A DNA stretch of 64,000 nt, from NCBI GenBank assembly GCA_028534125.1, contig CM052818.1:12774001-12838000 (forward strand), given 5' to 3'. The stretch is from Lama glama (lineage: Eukaryota). The number at the start of each line of letters is the position of its first letter. Positions within the stretch are counted from its first letter, which is position 1. The position numbers were made by a program, and so were the translations under genes. The notes under the pieces are model-generated. The model was not told the origin of the DNA. It worked only from the letters and a program-made list of their open reading frames with translations, and did not search any database. Of the stretch, positions 24,561 through 38,710 are shown piece by piece.

Positions 24561-27119
24561 ATCTAGCACTCCAGAGATGTTGGAATTATCACAATCTCCA
24601 TGTTACATATGGGAAAACTAAGACTCAAAGAGGCAAAGTCATATCATAATTTATAAAATCAAATTGTCAAATAGAAACACTAATTTGCATATAAAACAGA
24701 ACTCATTCAAAAAAGAACTTGAACATGGATATTTAAAGTATGAATCCTAAAGTAAGTCTTTCACATTAATTCACGTTTCCAATCTACATTCTTTTCTTTA
24801 TAGCCCAATCTCTAACTAATTTATCTGCCTATCCTAGCAAATTTCAACAAAAATGTATGAGATAAATAAAGTATAAGGTGGCATGTGCTAAAAATGCAAA
24901 GTGAAAAGACTATGATTTTTATTTGCATCTAAGTTCTCCTCAGTTCGCCAGAATTGTACTAAATGCTTCTTGAAAGAACCCAGCTACCACTTGGTTTTAC
25001 TGTTAGCAAACATTATGAAGCAATGTTAATTAAACTGTTTAATTATATAGTCTGATTACAACATGATACCTATGTCAACCATAATTGATTTCAGGCTCTA
25101 TGTGATTCTGGTATTTGGGAAGGTCCCAGCAGGGGACATCAAGGAGGCTGGAATAAAGCCACTTTATTTCTCAATGGTTAAAATGAGTTCTCCATAGAAC
25201 GATGCCAGTGAGAAAACCGAATCTCTATCTGGAATTTTTTAAAGTATAAAAAGTAAGGGGCTTTTTAGGTCATGTCTGTATATGAAGAGGAAAATAAAAT
25301 ACCTTGTCTACAAATAATTAAGATGAAAAGACCTAATACTGGTATCTGATGATTCTGTAATTGTATAGCAATTACATTCATTGAGACTCTGCACCAGATC
25401 AATGAGTTGACACTGAGCTATCCCTATCTCTCAGCCTTGTAATCCTCACATAATTAGACTTCTACGGAAATTCTTCTTCTGGGCTAAATACCTATTTTCA
25501 AAGAGAGGTGCGCATAAGGCATCATACACTGAAAAAGAAACAGCCTGAGATATGATTATGACTCACTTGTGGTTATGACCAATAACTAGTTATATAACTT
25601 TGCACCTTCACCTTCACCGTTTTGAGTCTCACATTCATCATTTGTGATAACAGGAGTTAAAATAAATGATCTCTAGGTTATTCTAGCTCAATATCCTATG
25701 ATGTTTAGATATGACTGCTATACTGCAGAGAACTATATTTATTTTCATAAACTCAGCATATATCTAAAAAATATCTCTACTTTTCTACTTTAAGAGTTTC
25801 AGGGAATATCGCATTGCTATTAAATCTTCAGAATCTCAAATATTCCCAGGTGAGCATCTGAGCTTTAAAAATATTTTAGCTTCCTTCAAAGCACTGGTCA
25901 TCTGGAGAAATATACAGCTGAATACCTACTGCACATACCAAGAGAGACTGTGGATCTAGCTCTTCCTCAAAGTAAGTTTGCTAAGAAGCTAGAACTACAA
26001 ACCTCCCAGCCCATGAATGGAGACAAGCCAAAACAATGGAAAGAATTTTCACTTTAAGGAGAAAAATCTGTTTATTCTTCAGTAGTTCCCTGACTTCTGT
26101 TCACTTAAAATCCAATGGAAAACTCTACAAAGACATTGCTATATTACATTTGAGAAAAAGTCTTGTAAGCATTCTAAAGAAGACATTTGTAGATGGGAAG
26201 TCTCCCTTCCAGTTGCCTATGTAGGAAGACAATTTTATTTCTAGAATTTTTTTTCTTTTTCTTTCTAGTTCCCATATACAGTAATCAGGCATGAACAAAA
26301 GTGATCATTTTTCTAATAACTTTAGAGATAGACACCATCTTTTAAAACCTAGAGAACTTGGACAAATCTCACTGCAGTATTATTCAATATATCTGTCCCA
26401 AAGATATCCAGGAAAAAGGTAGTCAGTATATCTACACAAAACACATTTGATAAGGATGATAAAGGTATGTAAAGCTAATGTTATATTTCTTAAAATTCCC
26501 TCAAGGTCAGTAAGTAGGCTTCTGTATCAGTAACCCATTGGGTCTTCCAAAGAAATATATCAAATTAGGGAATGTGCCCAGGCAGGTCACATGCCCACAC
26601 TTTGTGTATGTATGGTTAGCTCCACATCTTCCATTAAGCTGGTGTGTTTCTTGACTAATTTGGGCATATTCATGGCCTTGGCCAATACACATATCCACAT
26701 ATTTTTCTTGTTATTTTTTTCTCTGTGTTTGACCTTTGTAAGGCCCTACTACCTTCCCACTGATTTTATTATTTTTCTCTAGTCACCTCCACTCCTTGCC
26801 AACTTCCTTTGATACATGGTAGGGACATGGGCAATGATACTTATGAATTTGTATAAGATATACAAGATATAACGTAATCTGTGGATCTCATAGTGTTGCT
26901 GAAAGAATCAAACTCTTTGTCAAGTGCCAAAAAACTGATCTGTGGATGGGGAACAATAGATATATACATTTTAATTTATCAAATAAGGTAATCTTTATGA
27001 AAGTGAGCACTGGGATGCAAAATCTCTAGAGCAGGTCAATAACAAGAACTGATAAATCTCAGAATTAAGGTGCTCTTTCCAGTGAGCCTTCAGAACACTA
27101 AGCACACATGACAATCCTA

Positions 27120-27450
27120 ACAATGCGGTATAATGAACAGGGACCATTGATCTTGTTCAGGAGACCTAGGACCTGGTCCCAGGCAAAGGTTTCAGTTTCC
27201 TCATCTGCAAAATAAGGATAATGAGACGAGCACATGTTTTTTGGTCACCTACTGAATGGTTACCATCTTAAAAGGAGCATCTTGTATCATTTCCTATGAC
27301 CCTCAAATCAGCACTAAAAGGCATGGTATTAGCCTCATTATACAAATGAGGAAACGGAAGCACAGAGATGTTTTCATCTCTAAGAGGCAGATCAGGATTC
27401 AGAAGCAGCTCTATTTGAAACCAATGTTCATGCTCTTTTACCACACCCTG
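27120..27450. mobile_element. Two adjacent, oppositely oriented MIR fragments
   Basis: tcagtttcctcatctgcaaaataagg (+, ~27190) and ttatacaaatgaggaaacggaagcacagag (-, ~27340). Confidence 0.75.
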
Positions 27451-30199
27451 TAGTTCTCACAGTATCCTAAGAGATCTTAAGAGATATCATATTTGAGAAC
27501 AGATTATACATTTCAAAGTATTATACAAATATGAAGTTTAATAACATTAGTCCTTTGATTTCTAGGCATGGAAATTCAGGATTGGGTACAATTTTTCACG
27601 AGTTCTATCTCCCCGTTAGATGATTAGTTTGCAAGGAAGCCTGCATCTGAATTTCTATTTCTTTTGTACCGTGCACCTCACATAATGAGAGCTCAATTAA
27701 TGTTAATAACTAATCATGTTATGCTATTTCCATAGTTTTCATATTTAACTTCAGGATCCATTCGATATAATTAAAGGCATCCACTGTAAATTCTATATAG
27801 AGTACATTCCTTATAAAATATGAAAATTTAGAAGAACACGTAAACATACCTTTGCTAAAATAGTAAGATTTTATTTATATCTCATTATTTTCTATTTCTA
27901 TTATTTATTATTAGAGCTCAAATTCACATTGCAGGGGTTTAATGGAACATGACACCAAGCAATTATTTAAAAAGAGGAAGATTAAGGCATTGAGCTACTT
28001 CTCCAGACTACTATAAATTAAGCAGATATCCTACAGGTAAAGGACTGTTAACTTATTATCATTATCTATATTTGACTTACTATGGAGCCAATATGACCCC
28101 TCTGTTCCAAAAAATATCATTTAGATTAAAACAATTTATTAAATTGTTAAATTAAATTAATTGTTTAATTAAATTAAACATTCTAGTTTTTAGTTTTAAA
28201 AGTCAACATTTCAAAAAAAAAAAAAACTCAAAGTATAATGTTACTACTAGCATGTCAACTTGAAGGGATTATTTTCAGAACTATCTCCTAAAGTAAAATT
28301 ACTAAACTGGATGTAAGAGATGAAAATTATAAAATTATTAAATTTTAAATCTAGGGCCAGAGAGCTACATGTTATCTAATTATTGTGAGAAGTAGAACGG
28401 AGAACAGTCAAGATAAAAGAAAAGACGTCAGGTACAGAGGAAGAATAGGGATCTAGGTATACGGAAAAGAACAGAGTGAGGAGAAGGAATGAATTCTGGT
28501 GTACATATTCAAGCACCCAGATCTTGTCTTCCACATTGCCTCATTTCATAGCACTTATGAATACTGATACAATTTTCCTCTTTAGTTTAAAAAACTTACA
28601 AATCCTGTAGATGTCATCTCACAAGCACATTGGAATGAACCAGGTAAATAATAGTTTACCTGATAATTTAATAGTAAAACTGGAGGGAATATTGATTTAA
28701 TATTTCATGAATATTGCAACCCACTGTTTTCAGAACATGCAACCTAGAAGTCATTCTTTTCCTCCAAAATAATGAGAGCACAACCTGTAGCCTGTAATGT
28801 CTGTCTGAACAGCACAGAGAAATGATTACTTTCTAGGGCAGTCATACATAGCTTTTTGCCAAGAATATACTAAACAAAACAAAACAAAAATTCCTTGTAT
28901 TCTAACATCTCAAACACCTTAAAAAAAGAAAATTAGGCAAAACAGTAGGTAGGATCATAGGAATACAGCTGAGAACCTTCAAAAAGAGACTGAATACAAT
29001 CTGCAACGGCTCCCTCAACATAACCTCTATCAGGGTGGAACTCAGAATAACTTTCTTGAGATAACGTCAACTCAGAACATCAAAACATGACATACTTAGG
29101 ACCATGACAGAAATGTATCTAAGGATGTCATCAATCCTTAGTAAGGAGAGACTGAAAATATTATCCAAACAACTATATTCACTATTAAATAAAATTCTAA
29201 CCTATCTATTCATACACAAACACAGAGGTTGAATACTTAGCAAATAATGTGTTAGTCATATCATAAGTTCAGCCATAAAGTGATTCATTCGTAGGTGTGA
29301 CACTTCTAAATTAAAATAATCCTTCCAAAGCTGCTATCTGTACAAGTCCATAATCTTTGTATACACCATGAGTTACATAAATACAGCCTCAATCAGTTTT
29401 CAAAGATCCTAGACAGGATTTGCAATATTATTTTTCAGGTCAAATAAAAATAGTTTGGGTCAGTTTTATTTAAACTTGATATAAAGGGTGAGAGTTGCAT
29501 GCCTAACTAATGGATCAGTAGATAGCATTTTCAGTTGATAATTAAATATCACAAATCTTTCTTCAAAACAGGTAAACAAAAGAAAATCCTAACTGGTAAA
29601 TTTTTCTATAACATCTTTACAACTTGATTTTTCTCATGTTACTACCTTAATAAATCAAAGCACAACTAGAAATTTTGAAATTCACCACTACAAGAATCTT
29701 TATGAGGACTGAAGGCATTTATCAAAAAAGAAAAGAAATTTCAGGCAAAGGATCTGTGATTGTTCTCACATGATTCTCCTCCTCACTCACAATATATCTC
29801 CTCACAACTCAGTTACTCAGCAATCAAATGCAAAAGAAAGATAATATAAAATTTTTTAAGTTAAACACCTAATGAGCAGACAGTTATCTTTCTAAGGGAC
29901 ATCTTCACTTTTTCCTGTTTCATGGACCAAGTTGCACTGATAAAAACATACTCGTGAAAAAAGTGGAGATTGCAGGAGAGCATCAAAAGACTTTGAGATG
30001 ATAAATACTTCACTGGGTCCTGTTGCCTTTACACACTACATTTCTGCTTCTTCTGGATTTGACTCTCCTAATGGCTTGAGATTCTGTTGTGTTTATTTAT
30101 TTGCTTGTTTGCTTATTTGTTTTGGCTCTGGTTAGCTAGCTTACTTTTTTAACCATACTTGGAAATAATATCTGAGATTGAAGAACAGGAACTAAAATA

Positions 30200-32811
30200 T
30201 GGGGAGAGCAATCTCCGCAAAATGGCAGCACAGGAATTCCTAGAGCTTGTCCTATCCCCAGAAACATCAACTTAAACAACTATCGACATGCAAAAATAAT
30301 TTTATGAGACCCAAGAATTCCAGGTAAGGAATTACAGCACCTGAGTGTAGCACAGAAATTAAAAAAGATGTATCAAGGAGGTAGGAAAGATAGCTTCACA
30401 TTATTCTCATAACCCCTTCCTAAGCCCTGGCAGCCCAACACACAGAGAGATACTCTCCCCATAGGAGAAGGAGAGAGAAGTAAGCCCAAATTCCAGGCCC
30501 ACCCCAATGGTCCCTGTGTCTTGACTGGCCCTGTGGACCCACAATCTAAGCCTGCCCATGAAGATCCAGGTCCCAGACCTATCACCATTAGGTTCAAGGG
30601 CTAGTCCCATCCACAAGGGTCCAGGAACCATGATGGTCCCTGTGTGCACAAAAAATAGGCCTGCCCACTTGCCGACTCAGGCACCAGACCTGCCCACCCA
30701 AGGACACCAGCAGCAAGCCTACCTGTGGACATCACCAGACAGTTCACCTAGAATCTCTTGACAGGCTGCCTGGTGAAGGGCTCTCTGCCTATCAAAGTCA
30801 ATCTGTAAAGACTGGAAGAGGTGTCTGTTTCCTCAAAAGTGCAGGCACCAATGCAAGGCCACAGGATTATGAATAATCAAAGAAACATGACACCACCAAA
30901 GGAAACTAATAAAACCCATGAGTGACTTTAAAGAAATGGAGGTCTCTGAACTGTCTGAAAAAAATTCAGAATAATCCTCTTAACGAAATTCAGTGTACAA
31001 GAAAACACAGGTAGACAACTAAATAAAACTAGGAAAACAATGAATGAACAAAATGAGAAGTTGAACAACAAAAAAATAAAAACCATTAAAACTAGAAATC
31101 CTAGAACTGAAAAATGCATTGATTGAACTGAAGAATGTATTAGTCTTCAACAATAGACTCAACCAAGCAGATGAAAGAATTAATGAAATAGAAGACAATC
31201 ATCTTAAACTATCTAGTCAGAAGAACAATAAAAATTAAATGATTAAAAAAAGCCTACTTTAATTATGGAATGCCACTAAAAGAAACAATCTACACATCAC
31301 TGCAGTCCCAGTATGAGAAGAGAGGAAAAATAAAGCACAAGGCTTATTTAAAGAAATAATGGCTGAGAACTTCCTATATCCAGGGAGAAGTATGGATCTT
31401 CAAGTTCATAAAGCCAACAGGTCACCCCAAAATTTTGACCCAAAACAATCTTTTCCAAACACTTTATAATAAAACTGTCTAAAATCAAACACGAAGAAAA
31501 AAATGTTAGAGGGAGGGTGTGGGAAGGGACAGACTGGGATTTCAAAATGTAGAATAGATAGACAAGATTATACTGTATAGTACAGGGAAATATATACAAG
31601 ATCTTGTGGTAGCTCACCAAAAAAAATGTGACAATGAATATATGTACGTTCATGTATAACTGCAAAATTGTGCTCTACACTGGAATTTGACACAACATTG
31701 TAAAATGACTATTACTCAACTAAAAAATGTTGAAAAAAAAAAAGAAAGAAATGTTAACAAGAGAAAAATTAATTCATATATAAGGGAAACCCCATAAATA
31801 AATCAGTGGATTTCTCAGCAGAAACCCAGCAGGCCAGGAGAGAGTGAGATTAATAGAGTCAAATTGTTGAAAGAAAAAATTACCAAACAAGAATATTTTA
31901 CCTGGAAAAGTTGCCTTTCAGGAATGGAGTTCATCACCATTAGACCTTTCTTACAAGATGATGAAAGGTGTTCTTCAAGCTGAAATGAAAGGACTCTAAT
32001 TAGTAACATGAAATGATATGAAAACATAAAACATACTGATAAACGTAAGTATATTATCAAATTCAAATACTCTAATACTGTAACATGGTGTTGTGTTAAT
32101 CATTTAACTAATAAAAAATGTTTAAAGAACAAAAGTATTAAAATAAATACAGCTACAATAATTTTAATGAATAGACAATATAAAAAGAGGTAAAACAGGA
32201 CACCAAACAAAATGTGAGGAGAGAGTATAAGGGTAGATTTTTTTCATATGTGATTAAAGTTAACTTATCAGCTTAAAACGGACTATTATAACCATAAGAT
32301 GTTTTATGCAAGTCTCATGGTTAAGCACAAGGCAAAATCTGCAACTGACAGTTAAAAGATAAAGAGAAGGGAATCAAAGCATTTCACTTTGGAAAACCAT
32401 CAATTCACAAAGACAGACAGCAAAAGAAGAAGAAAGGAACAAGAAAACTGCAAAACAGCCATAAAATAATAAGATGACATTAGTAAGTCCCTAACTGTAA
32501 GTAATTACTTTAAATGTATTAAATCCTCAAGTCAAAAGGCATAGTGTGGCTGAATGGATTAAAAAACAAGAAGACAAGATCCAACTATATGCTGCCTTCG
32601 AGACATTCACTTCAGCTTTAAGGATATACATAGGCTCAAAACGAAGGGATAGAAAAAGCAAAAAGTGAGTAGTTAAACTTATCACACAGAACAGACTTTA
32701 AGTTAAAAACTGTCACAAGAGGCAAATAAGGTCATTATATATGATAAAGGGGTCAATTCATCAAGAGGATTCATCATATGTAAATAAATACATACCCAAT
32801 ATCAGAGCACC
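30200..32811 (+). mobile_element. Old L1 5' half: 5'UTR, decayed ORF1, inter-ORF spacer and start of ORF2 endonuclease
   Basis: caaaatggcagc start; aaacatgacaccaccaaaggaa; tttaaagaaataatggctgagaacttcc; cagtggatttctcagcagaaac; ORF2 start with gtggctgaatggattaaaaaacaa, gatccaactatatgctgcc, atgataaaggggtcaattcatcaagagg; many frameshifts. Confidence 0.9.
31509..31741 (+). mobile_element. Young lineage-specific (camelid-like) L1 3' end nested in the older L1, with 15-bp TSD
   Basis: gagggagggtgtgggaagggacagactggg...gtaaaatgactattactcaactaaaaaatgttgaaaaaaaa; flanks aagaaaaaaatgtta (31494-31508) and aagaaagaaatgtta (31742-31756). Confidence 0.9.
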
Positions 32812-32905
32812 TGGACAACAACTGATTGTGGGCCATGATACCCTAAGCAAAGGACCCAGTTAAGCTGTACTCTGAGATAATAAACGCGTGTTGGTTTAAG
32901 CTGTA
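32812..32905 (+). mobile_element. MLT1 (D/E/F-like) LTR 3' fragment
   Basis: gataccctaagcaaaggacccagttaagctg...tgagataataaacgcgtgttggtttaagc. Confidence 0.7.
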
Positions 32906-34029
32906 CACACTAATACAATTCTGCAATCAAAAGGTCTGTTTAAAGTATTAATGCCTGTAAGAAAAAAACATGCTAGTCTAGATTATTTTTATAAGAGACT
33001 TTCCTTTAATAGATACTGATAGTGGGATGGGGACTGGAAGTTATTTAGAAAGTATGACACAACTAGGAGAAACCTGCATTAATTTCTTGAAATAAAGAAT
33101 AATCACTTCAAAAATGAACAAAATAAACAGACGAAACTATTGTGTTATTGGACTCAAACATCCAAAGCTTCTATCAATTTCAGATGCCTGTGAAAATCGT
33201 CATCCTGCTGTACCAGCAACATTACTATTCTCCTAGTTGCTTTTAAAGTTCCAGAGTTCCTTGGGCACTTCCTTTTATCACCAGATTTTGATCACTTTAT
33301 CTCTATAGGCCCATAATATCTGCCTTCTCCTTTTCATATGAAATTCCACTCTCTCTGAGTTCTCATCACTCCTGATCTATATAACAGCATATCAACTAGT
33401 CTTTCAGCTTCATTTACTGACCAAAAACTTAGGGAATACCTGCCATGCGGTAGAATATTCAATAAAACATTGTATAACTGTTGTCAGAGTTATCTTTCTA
33501 ATGACAGACATAATCAGGGAAAAGAATCTATCAAAGGCAGCCACTGTCAAACACAGGTTGCCTGACTTTGCATTTCAGCTAACTTTCAATTAATCAATCA
33601 AGCAATTCATTAGAATTAGTCTAAAAGAGTCAAATACTTTACTTGCCTACTAAGAAAAATAAAAACTATTTTCATAAAAAATTATATTTTATTATAAAAA
33701 GTAAACCTTTAAATGTTATATGCTTAACTTTAGAATGCAGATACTAATAGTACTCACCTGACATGATTATTGTGAGAATGAATGAATGTGCATAAAGCCA
33801 TGGGAACACCACATGAGCCTCATAATCATTTAAGAAACTGGAGTCATTATCATTTATATTTCTATTTAAATTTGCATCATAATCAAGCATTATTTCTCAA
33901 GTGAACAATAATAAAAATTTAGTTAAAATGAGGACAAAACCTTGTAAGAAAAGATAGTTGATAACTTTATACTTATATACATACATGCACGCAGAAATTA
34001 TTTAGGAGACTATTTTTATAATTCAGGAA

Positions 34030-34260
34030 CAATAACTATGTCCTTAGACATGAGAATAAAAACAAAGTTTTAGACATATTGAAGAGACAGATTGAAAGAA
34101 TTTGATGACTGAGTGTGAAGGGTTGATAAAAAGAGGCTTCAAGAATGACGTCTATATTTCATCACTAATGTGAACCAAGAGGGGAATTAAATTCAGTTTG
34201 GGACAGAATAAACTTGAGAAGATACAGAAATTTCAGATAGTGATAATCAACAGGCAATAG
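34030..34260 (-). mobile_element. L2 fragment
   Basis: gaatttgatgactgagtgtgaaggg...caagaatgac...attcagtttgggacag. Confidence 0.6.
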
Positions 34261-36009
34261 AAAGATGCCTCTACCCCTAGACTGAATAACTTAAGAGCAG
34301 GGACCTTGTTTTACTCATTTTGTCATGCTTCTTCAAGTATAAGCTCTTGAACTAGAAAGCATTCAGTGAAAGATTTAATTCAATCGACAGATCTATTTTG
34401 GAAAGGCCAAAAGACCCAAGGGGGGAAAAAAAAACATAGTATCAAAATGTCTATTATTCTTTTTCAATCAAAATTCAGTAGAGACCAGAAATATTCACAA
34501 ACATTCAATGTCTCACCAATCCAGAATAGAAACAGAATGCTCTGCAAAGAACAGAATTGATTCAAAGCCCTACAGCTTTGCCAAAGTTGCCTGAGACAGT
34601 TTTTAAATAATTTAATATAATTGTTCAATTAAAAAATCCTTGATATCAAATATTTAGCTTCTCCAATTCATCTGTCACTTAAAATGAACTGAAATACCCA
34701 ATGTTTTCAAACCCTTCCAAATGAAATTTCTAAGTACTGTCAGATTCTTCCCCTGTTGGATAGATTGCTTTGTGCAATTCACGTTATATAGATGAAATCC
34801 AATTTCTGCATAAAGCCTGTGATCAGACTCTATAATCTATTTCCCACATTAGCCAGATTTTTTTAATATGGATTTCAGTCAGAATTACTTGATCTCTTTA
34901 ACTTTAAGCTTCTGAAGATAGGCACAGGGATCCAACCTGTCTTTCTTAAGCTGTCAATTGTCATTTAAATATAAGAACTTTTTTTAGTAGTCATTATCAA
35001 ATGCTGAATACAGAAAATTTCCTGAGCTACTTCCCCACTGAAAAAAGCCTAACTGCATTTCCCAGACCATTTCTAAAAAGAACCTTCCCAAGGATAACCC
35101 TCATGTTCCATGCAGAGATTTGGGGGGGAATGTGATAGATTAGGTTCCAGGAAAACATCTAAACCCAAAAATTTACTATGCATAAAATCCCCCTATGTAA
35201 AAAAGTCAGACAAATTTAGTCAATCTGACCTATTTTTAAATGTACGTTTCCCTGAGAGAGTAATCTGAAGCATGCTTTACTCTACATTGTAAGAAAAATC
35301 TTTAGTTTCCCTGGACTAAGCATATTGATGAGATCACAAAAAAAAAGACAAATTAAGTTAGCCTAGTTACCACTATTCACTGGCATTTTTCATAATGTGT
35401 TCATCTGCAAATATTGAAAAATATAGGTCTAGATCAATTTTAAGCAAAACTCTGAATCATATCCCTCCTTCTGCCTTAAAGGTCTCTCTCCAAGTTCTTC
35501 AGAATGGCAAAAGCGATAAAGATCAGGACAGGACATTCTACACAGCTTTCTAGCTAGTCTAGATTTCCAACTTGGGGTAAGGAATCAAGTTTTTCACAAT
35601 GGATTACTCAGTGACTTCATCTGTAAAAATCTGAGCACTCAATACTTATTAACTATTATGCCAAGCACTAAGAACAAATACAGATGAGGGGAACTATCAT
35701 CCAAACTAAGGGTGCCAGGAGAGCCTTTTGAGATAGAGGATGTGTTGGAATTTCTCTTACCAACAGAATTCTCATCTGAGATAAGACTGGGTGGCCTCAT
35801 CATCTGCTCTTGGTCCTAGTTGCCCAGGCTTTTGTTGAAGAGCTTACAGTTATTTTTTTTTGTGAAATATTCTTAAAGAATTGCTTCCACCCAATTTCTT
35901 TTGCATTCTCTTTTCACATACCTTCAGTCAGATTTGCCTCTCTTGTCATTTAATATTATAAAAAATTCAAAAGTACTGACCAAACTGTTCCTCAAAAGTG
36001 TCTAAGATT

Positions 36010-36350
36010 GCTGCATTAAAACCTTTGCATGAGTACATTCTGCTTGGGACAATCTCTCATACCACCTGTAATCTGCTGGTAACTTTTAAAAATTTACACT
36101 TCAGACTACTGCTGACTACCCCATCCACAGTAACCATCCAGTTTCCCATTCTACTTCAAGGTTCTGAATAGTCTCTTTAACTGATGTATTCCTTGTTTAT
36201 TTGTCTTTTGGGAGGTCCTACTATGAGAACAGAAATTGACAGCAGAGAACCTTGCCTGTCTGCCCCATTTGCTTAACCCTCCATCCACCGTACCCAGAAC
36301 AGTGCCTGACATACACTGGATACTCAGTAAATATCTGTTAGATAAAAAGA
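36010..36350 (+). mobile_element. L2 3' end
   Basis: cctttgcatgagtacattctgcttggga...gtacccagaacagtgcctgacatacactggatactcagtaaatatctgtt. Confidence 0.8.
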
Positions 36351-38109
36351 AATAAAACATATTATTGCAGAAATCATCCACAGTGCAGGTTGCTGAATAT
36401 ATCCTTATAATTCAGTGAAGGGACACTGTATTTGACTTCAGTCTGGTCACAATTCAGACTATGTCTTGTGATTGGCAAGGATCTGTAAACAGCAGTGAAA
36501 CAACAACAAATATGCCACAAGATAACTGGCACTTTGCCATTGTGAGCATCAGCATTTGTTCAGTCTTCAGAAACAGAGCAATTTTCTTCTGGTCGGCATG
36601 TAACTTTAAGAAGGGCTGTCAACTTGATTATTGGAAAGTGTCCCCTGAAAAGAAAATAATATCACAGCATAAAATTCTGCCCCTACAGCTGAAATAGCCT
36701 GGACATTTCATCACCAGCAGCCGATGCCAGACAACCTTTCAGTCCCCTGGATAGGCAGCCAGCTGGGGGAAGCTGTGACTTCTGTCAAAAACCATATATA
36801 GTGTAAAAGATAAAAAAAGATTTTGTATTCTGCTTGAAAAGAGGGAGGGGATTCAATCTTACTCCTGGAATATCTGGAAAGGTTTTTCAAACTCTGGGAG
36901 GTTGAATGCGGAAGCAATCAGATTGGAGATACACAGATTTCAAAGCAGAAAAATAGGACAGTGGAAAGCAGTTGAGTGCACCTTCATGCAAATCCTTTTA
37001 TGTAGACCTCTCCTGGCTCCCCAGGCATCCTGCCAGTTCAGGGTGATCACATCAATATTTACGGCACACGGCTCCAGAGGGCCCCTGTTCCCCAGCAGGG
37101 GTGATTAATATGTGATATCAACATCTATGACAAGACACATTTTATTTCTGTCAACAAACAAAGAGGTTTCTACTTTCTCCGTCGGCTGAATATCCAAGCT
37201 TTTTATTTTGCACAATAAACCATCTAGGGCTGGAGCTGAAAGATAGGCGTTGAACTGCAATCAATTCTTTAAATAGGTTTCTCCAACTGGCAGGTGGCCT
37301 GTCGGCAGAGGAATTCTACTCTTGGTGGGGGATAAGCAAGCATAATGGGGAGCAGTCTGAGGAAAGATCTGCCTGCTCTGGTTTGCATAGCATGTATGTA
37401 GCACTGAGTTGTATACAATGGGGAGAATAGTGGAAATATGGGACAATTTATCGTTAAATGGTGCTTTCTTTTTAAGACTATGAGGTGCTACACAAGTGTT
37501 AATTTCTAGGGTTATGATGAGGTAGTAATATGGACCCCAGCGGATCTCATTTACAATAAAAAGAGCTTTTGAAACTTTTTCCTCAAAAAGAGGAAAACAA
37601 GGACTAGTTCTTACATAAGAGAGGAGCATGGTTTTATTTTTTGTTGTGTGAGAATGGGCTTGCTAAAGAACAGTAAGTGTGGGACCCAGAGCTGCAGATA
37701 ATGCCCCTGTGTGGTGCTGAATGTCTTTGTAAAAGCGAGTAGCTGAGCAGAAGCAGCGGCTCTGGTTCTCCTGTTCATGCCGGCTCAGCCCATCTGACAC
37801 CCATGCCCACTCCATCCAGAAATGAATATGCCTGAGCTCTCCATGAGCCACTGGACAATCTGTATCATCTCCCAGGTATCTACTAAGTTTTTACAGCTGA
37901 TGTTAATGAAGAAATAGATCTACTGGAGCTGTAAACTTCATTAAAATATTCATGAAGCTAATGAAGTTAATGAGACAGCTGGTTGCTAACACATTTACCA
38001 GTCTTAAAGCAGATTCTTGTCCCTGATTTTTAGGCAAATTGACTTCTTGGTAAAATGGCAAAATATTACCTGCAAAGTGATTTCTGAAATTTTATTAGAA
38101 AATGATGAG

Positions 38110-38710
38110 GATAGGGCTAGCTAGTATATTAAGAGCATATTATGTTCTCTGTGCTTTACCTGTTATAACATTGAATTATCATAATCATTCCACTAGGTAA
38201 TTTTTTTTTACCATGCCCATTTTAGAGATGAAGAAATAAAGCCTTAGATTAACCAATGTGTCCAAGATCTCACTAAAGTAAGTAGTGTTGCAGGGACTTG
38301 AGTTAGGTTTTCCTGACTGAAGACTTTTTTGTCTTTGATAGAGCAGACTAGTATCACAAAGACCAAGCTTATGCTATCCAGTAATTTATTCTGAGCATCT
38401 ACTATTTTCTGATCATTATCCTATGTGCTCTGGGAGATATAATGCCCTGACAATGTTTGACTTTGCCTTCAGATGTTTACAGTCTTAAGAGACAAGGCAA
38501 ATAAACATGAGTAAAACAATTAGAGAATAATTTAAAAGAAAGTAATTAAGTGTGGATGAAATGAAACCAAGTGCCAGCCTAGTATCACATACAGAGCCCT
38601 AGATTTGCAATTAGAAACACAGATTTAAGCATAATTCTGTCACTTACTTCTGTATGTCATTAGGCAAATTACTTAACTTTGATCTCCTCACAGGATAATA
38701 CTCTCTTGTC
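38110..38710. mobile_element. MIR(-) / L2(-) / MIR(+) cluster
   Basis: cccattttagagatgaagaaa...tgtccaagatc; atttattctgagcatctactatt; ctgtcacttacttctgtatgtcattaggcaaattacttaac. Confidence 0.7.

Noticed and set aside
29093..29150. Minus-strand AG...GTATGT segment encoding LSLLRIDDILRY, reminiscent of a chaperonin C-terminal motif
   Set aside because: Similarity is limited to ~7 residues with no flanking homology; weak donor context; likely chance.
36438..36472. Short alternative hairpins (agtctg/cagact, tcaca/tgtga) suggesting a pre-miRNA
   Set aside because: Stems are too short for a Drosha substrate and match no miRNA I recognise.
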